Positions 8,381 through 15,417 of a DNA stretch of 17,533 nt are shown piece by piece. Origin of the DNA: Promethearchaeota archaeon (GTDB taxonomy: Archaea > Asgardarchaeota > Thorarchaeia > Thorarchaeales > Thorarchaeaceae). The stretch is from contig JBHLPF010000028.1 of assembly GCA_048939765.1 (NCBI GenBank), positions 1 to 17,533 on the forward strand. The letters run 5' to 3'. The number at the start of each line of letters is the position of its first letter. Positions within the stretch are counted from its first letter, which is position 1. The position numbers and the translations under genes are program-made. The notes beneath the pieces were generated by a model. That model did not search any database, was not told the origin of the DNA, and saw only the letters and a list, made by a program, of their open reading frames with translations.

Positions 8381-9145
8381 TCACCCCTTCTTCCTAAACG
8401 CCAAACGTTTCCATGGATAGCCCCAACGCTCTTGGTACATCAGACCCTCAAGAGGAGGCCTGCTGGGTCCAAGTGCACGAGGCGATATCCGTTTCCCTAT
8501 GCAGAACGCGGTCAAGGGCGTCCATGTTGGTGGAATGCCAAGCCTGTCGCGAATAAGCATCGCATGACGAGGGTCGGAAGTGACCAGTGCTTCATACCCG
8601 CAGCCATATCCAAGTTCTGTTGCTGTCAACCACATGTTTTGGATTGCCATACCTGCAACTACGGACCCAAAAAGCTCGTTGGGATATTGATACCCTGCAT
8701 CATGCCACATTTCGCTGGCACACACAATTATCACAGCGTCGCTCTTCTCAGGATATCTGAAAAGCTCCCCATCTCGAAGCCGAGCATAGACAGCTGCCCG
8801 ATAAGGGTCATTAATGAACCAGTTCCTTCCACTTGTCAGCTCAAAGGGGGCTCCACCAAAGGCTGTCTGAGCCATCTCTTGTGCTATGTCAGCAAGGAAC
8901 ACTTTCATGTCTTCATCGTCTCGAATTACCACGAAACGAATCATGAGCATGTTCTCGGGACTTGGTGCATGTCTGGCAGCTTCAAGAATCATCTCAATAT
9001 GCTCGTCGGGCAGTTTCTCACCAGTGAACTCACGTATAGAACGTCTGCTTCGGATGAGCTTCAAGGACTGTAGTTCCTCAGTGACCTTGACATCATCCTT
9101 GGCTTCACCAGCGGCATCCGACTTGCCTTCAGCATCTGTTGCCAT
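8381..9145 (-). CDS. Nitroreductase-family flavoprotein
   Basis: IRSRRSIREF, ILEAARHAPSPEN, AIQNMWLTATELGYG, LGIP and IG motifs; GAGGTGA SD. Confidence 0.92.
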   Translation of the reverse strand: MATDAEGKSDAAGEAKDDVKVTEELQSLKLIRSRRSIREFTGEKLPDEHIEMILEAARHAPSPENMLMIRFVVIRDDEDMKVFLADIAQEMAQTAFGGAPFELTSGRNWFINDPYRAAVYARLRDGELFRYPEKSDAVIIVCASEMWHDAGYQYPNELFGSVVAGMAIQNMWLTATELGYGCGYEALVTSDPRHAMLIRDRLGIPPTWTPLTAFCIGKRISPRALGPSRPPLEGLMYQERWGYPWKRLAFRKKG

Positions 9146-9392
9146 TGATTCACCTCATATTATATGATAAAATGCAGACCTCGGTGACAAGGGGCTCCAT
9201 AAATGTATTAGCTTTCACCGGAGAAATCTGACATCTCTGGAAGGCTTAATCTATTGACGAACGATACATCGTGACATGTCGACACTATGTGTGGATATGC
9301 AACCACATCTTGTCTGGGACATAACCTGAATATTAACCCAGTATTGGCTTGGATATACAAGATGACTTATTCCAGTTTCATACCCAGTGAAC

Positions 9393-9406
9393 TTGAGTGC
9401 ACTCAA
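9393..9406. repeat. Perfect 14-bp palindrome TTGAGTGCACTCAA in a 328-bp intergenic region
   Basis: Read directly from the sequence. Confidence 0.6.
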
Positions 9407-9444
9407 CTCTCCCGGACCAAAGTGTGCTCAATTATTTCTTGAGC

Positions 9445-9462
9445 GGGAGCGGACGCGCTCCT
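9445..9462 (-). terminator. GC-rich hairpin just after the Pta-like gene
   Basis: GGGAGCG-GACG-CGCTCCC, 12 nt past stop 9474; no clear U tract follows. Confidence 0.4.
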
Positions 9463-9473
9463 TCTCATAATCA

Positions 9474-10544
9474 TCAGCTACTATTGACAAATCCGGTGAG
9501 ATTTAGTGCATCTCCAACAATCTGCTGCACTACCGCGATTTTCTCCCTATTTTCTGGCGAAACCGTCCCGACTAAGTGATCCACTAGGTGGCCAGTTGTG
9601 TATGTGTCGTGGGCAGTCATCATTATTGGAATGCCCAATTCTTTGGCTCGAGATAGAGTACGAATATCAGGTCCCATTCCGCCAGTGAGAATCAGAAGAT
9701 TCGTATCCGTTTCAAGTGCGGCTAGGCAGATATCAGATCGGTCCCCGCTTGTGATGACAGCTTTGTCCTTCGCCCTTCGGAACCATTTGAGTGCATTCTC
9801 AGGAGCCATGCTGCCAACCAAGAAACGATCAATTAGGAGATCCATCTTATCTTCTCCAGCTATCATTTCGCCTTCGAGAGCGCGAAGAATATCTCTCACT
9901 GTGGGACTGAACAACTCCCGCCTTTGGTAAATGACTCCAATAAAGTTCACACCACTCTCTTCCAGAAAGGGCTTGATCCTCTCCTCGACCGTCTTCTTGA
10001 GCATTGGAGCAACCATATTGAGAACTACACCTATTTCCTTGATGCCCGCTTGAGTGAACAAGTCTCTTTGGAGAAACACGTCATCTATTGCTGTCACATC
10101 CGGGAAATTGACTAGAATAATGACAGAGGCTTCAAACTCCTTAGCAATTTGTGGAGCTGAAAGGCTTACATGCAGGAGATGCCACGGCGCTTTGGCACTC
10201 TCAATCACCATGTAGTCTTTTCCAATAGAACCCTTGATATAGCAGTCCTTGATTCTCTTGAGAAGCTTCTCATGGCCAACTTGAAGCAGCTCATCATAAC
10301 TAGACTTCGTTCGTATTATAGGACTGACACAAGATAAATCGACATCGAGTTCGAGAACCTCCTTCATAACAGCTGCATCTTCATCGACATCCACTTCATC
10401 GGTGCTATGCTCAAAGCTCTTGTCACCAACGGGTTTGAAGTAGCCAACTTTATGCCCTTGTTTCTGAAGCTTTGCTGCTAATGCCAGAGCTACCATAGTC
10501 TTTCCAGTCAGTGTTTCTCCACTGATTACAATATTCTTCGCCAT
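9474..10544 (-). CDS. Phosphotransacetylase N-terminal-like protein (BioD-like P-loop plus DRTGG), lacking the catalytic PTA_PTB domain
   Basis: SGETLTGKT P-loop, VGYFKPVG, and ITSGDRSDI...LILTGG (DRTGG). ATG 10544 is preceded by GGAGGAG and lies 1 nt after the ACD stop. Confidence 0.88.
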   Translation of the reverse strand: MAKNIVISGETLTGKTMVALALAAKLQKQGHKVGYFKPVGDKSFEHSTDEVDVDEDAAVMKEVLELDVDLSCVSPIIRTKSSYDELLQVGHEKLLKRIKDCYIKGSIGKDYMVIESAKAPWHLLHVSLSAPQIAKEFEASVIILVNFPDVTAIDDVFLQRDLFTQAGIKEIGVVLNMVAPMLKKTVEERIKPFLEESGVNFIGVIYQRRELFSPTVRDILRALEGEMIAGEDKMDLLIDRFLVGSMAPENALKWFRRAKDKAVITSGDRSDICLAALETDTNLLILTGGMGPDIRTLSRAKELGIPIMMTAHDTYTTGHLVDHLVGTVSPENREKIAVVQQIVGDALNLTGFVNSS

Positions 10545-10545
10545 C

Positions 10546-12675
10546 TCATTCTCCTCCAATAGTAATCTTCACATCTACTGCAATGGCACCATTGCCCTTC
10601 TCGTAAGCGAATGCAGGATTGATATCCAATTCTACAATATCCTCGAAATCGGATACAAGCTGTGATATCCGCAAGATAGTGTCAGTCACTGCATCAATAT
10701 CACTTGGTTCCTCGCCCCTTACTCCGCTAAGCAATGTGCCCATTTTTGTTTCAGAAATCAGATCAGCTGCATCGCTACGAGTCATCGGTGCAAGTCTGAA
10801 TGCTACATCCTTTAGATAGTTGACAAAAATCCCGCCAGCTCCAAACATAATCAAAGGGCCAAACTGTATATCTCGCGAACATCCGATAATCAGCTCCTTT
10901 CCTTTCTCTGCCATTTCCTGGACATCTACGCCATAAACGACTGCCCTCGGTACATGGGTTTTGACATTATCGAGAATCTGGAGAAAGGCATTTTCAACCT
11001 CTTCTTCGGAGTTCATGCCAATCATAATACCGCCAATGTCGCTCTTGTGAACGATATCTGGACTAGCAATCTTCATGACAACAGGGAAACCTATGTCCAC
11101 AGCAATTCCCTTGGCTTCCTCAGCACTTGTGGCCAGTTTCGTTCTCGCAACTCGAATACCATATGCTTCAGCTATTTCGTGTGCTTCACTACCCAGCATC
11201 ACTCTTCTTCGGTCATCTCGAACGCTTTTGATTATCTCCTTGACACGCTTCCTATCCACCTCAAAATCGGGAGGTGTTTCATCCTTTAGGCTATCCCGTA
11301 GAACGGTATATCGATAGAGTTCAGCAATTGCATTTACAGCACGCTCAGGAAAGTCAAACACAGGAATACCACCTTCATTCAACACAATTCGTGGATAGAT
11401 CATCGAGTTCCCGCCCATGAACACAGCTAAGAGAGGCTTGTTTGGATACTTCCTGTGACATTCAACAATTGCCTGAGCCGTTTCTGTTTCTTTTGTCATC
11501 GCTTGCGGTGTAAGTAGAACCAGAACAGAGTCAACATTTTCATCCTGAAGTGTAGTTTCGACACAGAGAGCATAGTCCTCTGGTTGAGCAGTCCCGAGTG
11601 CATCCACTGGATTGTATACCGAAGCTGCGGAAGGCAATCCATTCTTCATCTTCTCGATAGTGGATGGTGAAAATTGAGCCATCTGTAGACCATTCATCTC
11701 GACTGCATCAGTTGTAAGGATTCCAGGACCTCCAGCATTAGTCACAATTGCCACACGATTTCCCCTCGGCAAGTGACAGTCATCAAACACATTTGCCACA
11801 TCAAATAACTCTGACATACTATCTGCTCGAATCACACCACATTGTTTGAAAGCAACAGAATAGGCAGTATCGCTTCCCGCCAGTGAGCCCGTGTGGGATG
11901 ATGCTGCTCTAGCACCTGCTGCGCTAATACCGGATTTGACTACATAGATAGGCTTGCGTGGAGCAACATTCCGGCAGACTTCCATGAACTTCTTGCCATC
12001 AACCACCGATTCAATGTAAAGAAGCAAGAAATTTGTGTCGGGATCTCTTCCGAAAGCTTCTACGAAATCTGCTTCATCAAGTTGGGCTTTGTTCCCTAGA
12101 CTCACGAATTTTGAAAAACCGATCTTCTCCATTAGACTCCAATCAAGTATCCCTGTCATCAGGGCACCAGATTGAGAGGCAAAAGCCACACTGCCTTTCA
12201 CCGGAGTGCCCGCGGCAAATGACGCATTATAGGGCGCAAAGGTGTTTACAATCCCCAGACAATTTGGCCCTTGCACAATCATGCCATATTTCTCTGCTAT
12301 CTCAACTATCTTCTTCTCTGCTTCTTGACCTTCGTGTCCGATTTCCTTGAAACCAGCTGTGATAATGACTAGGGCAGTGACTCCTTTCTCACCGCACTCC
12401 ACCATGACTGGAAGAACAAATTTGGCAGGGACTACTATGACTGCAACATCAACATCCCCCGCAATCTCAGAAATAGACCGATAGACCTTGAGGTCTAGAA
12501 TTTCTCCTGCCTTAGGATTAATCGGGTATATTCTTCCCTCAAAGCCACTCTCGATAAGGTTGCGTACTACATCATTTCCCAATTTTCCCTTAGTCGCAGA
12601 AGCGCCAATCACTGCTATCGATTTTGGATTGAATAGTACATCAATGCCCTTCTGTCTGTCCACCTTCAAGCACAA
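10546..12675 (-). CDS. acdAB: ADP-forming acetate/acyl-CoA ligase, fused alpha-beta (ACD)
   Basis: CoA-binding PKSIAVIGAS, GPNCLG, SQSGA, SLGNK, ASSHTGSLAG (phospho-His), TNAGGPG and NPVD, plus an ATP-grasp domain (KIASPDIVHKSDIGG...ELDINP). The exact start is uncertain (GTG 12675, TTG 12669 or GTG 12663). Confidence 0.92.
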   Translation of the reverse strand: MCLKVDRQKGIDVLFNPKSIAVIGASATKGKLGNDVVRNLIESGFEGRIYPINPKAGEILDLKVYRSISEIAGDVDVAVIVVPAKFVLPVMVECGEKGVTALVIITAGFKEIGHEGQEAEKKIVEIAEKYGMIVQGPNCLGIVNTFAPYNASFAAGTPVKGSVAFASQSGALMTGILDWSLMEKIGFSKFVSLGNKAQLDEADFVEAFGRDPDTNFLLLYIESVVDGKKFMEVCRNVAPRKPIYVVKSGISAAGARAASSHTGSLAGSDTAYSVAFKQCGVIRADSMSELFDVANVFDDCHLPRGNRVAIVTNAGGPGILTTDAVEMNGLQMAQFSPSTIEKMKNGLPSAASVYNPVDALGTAQPEDYALCVETTLQDENVDSVLVLLTPQAMTKETETAQAIVECHRKYPNKPLLAVFMGGNSMIYPRIVLNEGGIPVFDFPERAVNAIAELYRYTVLRDSLKDETPPDFEVDRKRVKEIIKSVRDDRRRVMLGSEAHEIAEAYGIRVARTKLATSAEEAKGIAVDIGFPVVMKIASPDIVHKSDIGGIMIGMNSEEEVENAFLQILDNVKTHVPRAVVYGVDVQEMAEKGKELIIGCSRDIQFGPLIMFGAGGIFVNYLKDVAFRLAPMTRSDAADLISETKMGTLLSGVRGEEPSDIDAVTDTILRISQLVSDFEDIVELDINPAFAYEKGNGAIAVDVKITIGGE

Positions 12676-12776
12676 CCAGGACTAAATCAATGCCGGAGTT
12701 TTCGTACCGGGGGTGTATGATATACCTTCTGCCAATGAGGCAAACTAGACATCAAATAGAGGGGTGCCGAATCCAG

Positions 12777-12802
12777 TTTCATATATGAGACCCAGTATTA
12801 CT
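12777..12802 (+). promoter_or_regulatory. TATA-like box plus palindromic AGTATTACT site (candidate RHH operator)
   Basis: TTTCATATAT at 12777-12786 and AGTA-T-TACT at 12794-12802; AGGTGA SD at 12838-12843. Confidence 0.55.
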
Positions 12803-12850
12803 CGCAATCATATTGATGTGTTACGTGGGTTTCACACAGGTGATACTCAC

Positions 12851-12991
12851 ATGAAGCTCGTAACTCTACACATTCCTGAAACATACGTTGAAGGACTTGA
12901 GAAATTAGTGGACAGTAATCTCTATCCGAATCGTTCTGAGGCAATCAGGATTGCCATTCGTGATCTTCTGAAGAGAGAGCTGTGGAGTTAA
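12851..12991 (+). CDS. 46-aa ribbon-helix-helix (CopG/Arc/MetJ) regulator, CdrS/aCcr1-like, copy 1
   Basis: MKLVTLHIPETYVEGLEKLVDSNLYPNRSEAIRIAIRDLLKRELWS, with an AGGTGA SD 7 nt before the ATG. Confidence 0.93.
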   Translation: MKLVTLHIPETYVEGLEKLVDSNLYPNRSEAIRIAIRDLLKRELWS

Positions 12992-13008
12992 GGGAGTTGA
13001 AGGAATAG

Positions 13009-13149
13009 ATGAAGCTAATCACGCTTCATGTCCCGGAGCAGTATATAGAAGGTCTTGAGAAGCTGGTTGACAACAAGCTCTATCCAAACAGGTCCGAGGC
13101 CATTCGCATTGCTATCAGAGACCTCTTGAAAAGAGAGCTTTGGGGTTAG
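13009..13149 (+). CDS. 46-aa ribbon-helix-helix regulator, CdrS/aCcr1-like, copy 2 (absent from the ORF track)
   Basis: Translated by hand as MKLITLHVPEQYIEGLEKLVDNKLYPNRSEAIRIAIRDLLKRELWG*; 39/46 identical to copy 1; GAAGGA upstream. Confidence 0.93.
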   Translation: MKLITLHVPEQYIEGLEKLVDNKLYPNRSEAIRIAIRDLLKRELWG

Positions 13150-13217
13150 AATTGCACCCGGGTTTGGCGCCAGCGAATAGTAGATACGAGCCCAATTTAG
13201 GCATCCGAGATTGATTG

Positions 13218-13234
13218 AAAAGCGCTTTTTCTTC
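13218..13234 (+). terminator. Palindrome AAAAGCGCTTTT running into a U-rich tract, downstream of the RHH pair
   Basis: 12-bp perfect palindrome at 13218-13229; the sequence from 13226 reads TTTTTCTT. Confidence 0.35.
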
Positions 13235-13384
13235 GGATGCTATGTCAACTCAAAGTCGCGAGTCATGTGCGTACAGATACAAACCTTAATATGGCCTCAT
13301 ATAATATAATCAATGGCAGGCGGGACCCTGCTAGACCTCATGACTCGGAGTTTGGCTGCAACAGCGACCAGGAGCATCATGTGA

Positions 13385-14356
13385 ATGGGACTAGACTCAA
13401 CCGCCATGGCGGGACCTTTGACTGGCAATAATCGCTTTGTGAAGGGATGCCCATGTCTCAAGGAGTTCGGCAATGAGAAGGTCTGCCTGAACAATGATGA
13501 CGTAGTCCCAATTGTCACTATCGCAGTCGACCCAATGTTCCTGGGAGACGCGACATCATCTACAGACCTTGCCAATCTCAAGAGCGATAATGAGAGCATG
13601 TGCTACCTTCTGATTCTTCTTGATGCTGATGCGGATCACACCTACTGTATTAGTCAGGGCCAGAAGATTCGGATTAATTCACAAGATGTCAAGGCTTCGG
13701 AGATTCTAGCAGCACTGCAATTCGTGACAACCACGGAGCAGGCAAGTGATGGCATTGCATGCTCTTCATGCCTCTACAAGTACCTAGTCACACTCGGAGA
13801 AACGTTTGACGATATTCTATCAGAGGCTGAGCGTTCAGAGCTAATCTCTGCGTACGTGAAGAATATCACCTCTCAGATGGCTACAGAGCTAATTGGGAGC
13901 GATGCAACCACAAACCCAGAAGTGATCGATGAACTCGTGAATAGTAGAATCAACAAGCTCCTCACCTTGAGAATAACTTGGGCATCAATTCTGCATGATC
14001 TCAATAGGGACAATGGTGACAGAAAACTCATCGATCTCATTCGTCGCTATAGACAGTTAGCACGATTTGAAACGATATTCCTCTTTCAAGTCTCGACGCT
14101 GAGGGAGTCAGAAGACAAGGAAGTTTCTTTGGGTCTATTGAGATTCATGGTGGATGTTGCAGAACGTATAGTCAGTGTGATTGCATTAATCAGAGATTCG
14201 ACGCATTCTTTGGCAGAGTCAGGTAATGTGCCCAAACACATACATGATCTTTTGGATGAGCAGATTGAAGATCGGAATCGAACAGAAGAGTGGTTCACAA
14301 ACCTAGTGAAACTGCTTAATACGATTGAGATTCGCACGGCACAAAAATCCTCATAA
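13385..14356 (+). CDS. Hypothetical Cys-rich protein, paralogue A (323 aa)
   Basis: Long ORF with full-length similarity to the next gene. AGGAG lies upstream of ATG 13385 (alternative start ATG 13406) and an AT-rich ATATAATATAAT element is at ~13298-13309. Confidence 0.88.
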   Translation: MGLDSTAMAGPLTGNNRFVKGCPCLKEFGNEKVCLNNDDVVPIVTIAVDPMFLGDATSSTDLANLKSDNESMCYLLILLDADADHTYCISQGQKIRINSQDVKASEILAALQFVTTTEQASDGIACSSCLYKYLVTLGETFDDILSEAERSELISAYVKNITSQMATELIGSDATTNPEVIDELVNSRINKLLTLRITWASILHDLNRDNGDRKLIDLIRRYRQLARFETIFLFQVSTLRESEDKEVSLGLLRFMVDVAERIVSVIALIRDSTHSLAESGNVPKHIHDLLDEQIEDRNRTEEWFTNLVKLLNTIEIRTAQKSS

Positions 14357-14428
14357 ACATGCGCGTCACTGAGAAGTGAGGTTAAGTAAGAGACCCACTA
14401 GCTAGAAATCGTAAATGGAGCCGATGGA

Positions 14429-15397
14429 GTGACTGTAGGACTGAATGACGGGCAGAGCCAGAGTCAAATCAAGCTGGTTAGAGGCTGCCCTTGCTACAAA
14501 GTCTTCGGAGACGAGAAGCTTTGCGTTAATGATGACAAGGTCCTAGAGGTTGAAGCCATCGAAATAGACCCCATGCTCTTCTCGTATCACAAGACTAGAG
14601 AAAGCATGAAGGCCGAAGAGGCCATAGATGACAATGTATGCTATACAGCAATCTTCGTCAACCATCCGGATAACAGGGTGTTCTGTATATCTCAAGGATG
14701 GGTCCTAAGAATCCATGGAAGAGATGTTCCGGGCGACGACTTGGAGGATGCACTGCAGTTCCTGTCAACGAAGGACCTTTCAGCGAGTGCGGAGATATGT
14801 TCTGAATGCCTCTACAAATTCCTGCTCACCCTCTCAGACAAGTTTGCAGACACCATGTCGAAGAAGGAGAAGACTGATGAAGTAAAGCGCTATGTAGACA
14901 AATTCTCGCTCATGATAGCTGTGAAAGCCAGTCAGACTGACAAAATGATGGAACCAATAGGCACTGAAGATGATATTGAGGAGGGTGTCGATCACTTTGG
15001 ATTCCTCAGGAAGTATCTGGTCCAGCTCCTTGAACAACAGGAGTCCTGGACCGAGCTATTGAACGAGTTTTCTGATGAAGCAGACACCTGGCTGCAAAAC
15101 ATAGTGGAGATGAGAGTCCGCCTAGCAAGACTGGAGTATCAATTCTACAGTCAGACTCTGCAAATAAGAGACATAAACGACTTCAACATGCTAATCAAAA
15201 TGCTGCAGTTCATTCTCAAGACATCCAGTGACATTCTGAATCTGAATGAACAAATCCATACGGAGATACGGTCTAGAGCTTTCTGCGAGAAAGCCGAATC
15301 AGACGCCAGGTTAGACAATCTGGCATCCTATGCCGACAAGAGCAGAACAGTTGAGCATAACTTCGGGAATATCCTTCAAATCCTCAGTAAGCTATGA
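14429..15397 (+). CDS. Hypothetical Cys-rich protein, paralogue B (322 aa)
   Basis: GTG start with GGAG 8 nt upstream. Shares GCPC, FGxEKxC, DPM, CY, CISQG, ALQF, CSxCLYK and LARxE with paralogue A. Confidence 0.9.
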   Translation: MTVGLNDGQSQSQIKLVRGCPCYKVFGDEKLCVNDDKVLEVEAIEIDPMLFSYHKTRESMKAEEAIDDNVCYTAIFVNHPDNRVFCISQGWVLRIHGRDVPGDDLEDALQFLSTKDLSASAEICSECLYKFLLTLSDKFADTMSKKEKTDEVKRYVDKFSLMIAVKASQTDKMMEPIGTEDDIEEGVDHFGFLRKYLVQLLEQQESWTELLNEFSDEADTWLQNIVEMRVRLARLEYQFYSQTLQIRDINDFNMLIKMLQFILKTSSDILNLNEQIHTEIRSRAFCEKAESDARLDNLASYADKSRTVEHNFGNILQILSKL

Positions 15398-15417
15398 TTT
15401 TGCGGTTCCATGCATCA

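Noticed and set aside
8264-9073. 269-aa plus-strand ORF
   Set aside because: It is antisense to the well-supported nitroreductase and its neighbour, has atypical composition and shows no motifs, so it is a shadow ORF.
10546-12675. Protein lysine acetyltransferase (Pat/PatZ) as an alternative call
   Set aside because: There is no GNAT domain and the catalytic His (SHTG) is intact, which fits an active ACD.
12764-12850. ORF-track N-terminal extension of RHH copy 1 (75 aa from GTG 12764)
   Set aside because: It runs through the TATA box and candidate operator. The SD and the paralogue both place the start at ATG 12851.
12851-13149. Tandem RHH genes as an assembly artefact, DNA tandem repeat or toxin-antitoxin module
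   Set aside because: The DNA copies are heavily diverged at third codon positions, and no PIN, RelE or ParE toxin is adjacent.
13237-13431. 64-aa ORF between the RHH pair and paralogue A
   Set aside because: It spans the likely promoter, overlaps paralogue A out of frame and has no protein-like features.
199-14337. Numerous 60-160 aa antisense or alternate-frame ORFs (e.g. 199-438, 545-946, 1162-1641, 3152-3541, 7690-8145, 13297-13599)
   Set aside because: They overlap confidently assigned genes and lack recognisable motifs; many are Ser-rich mirror translations.
13385-15397. Assigning the paralogues to FtsZ/tubulin, CdvA, ESCRT-III, radical SAM or multiheme cytochrome families
   Set aside because: There is no GGGTG(S/T)G, CxxxCxxC or CxxCH motif and no recognisable PRC-barrel or Snf7 pattern, so the family is left unassigned.
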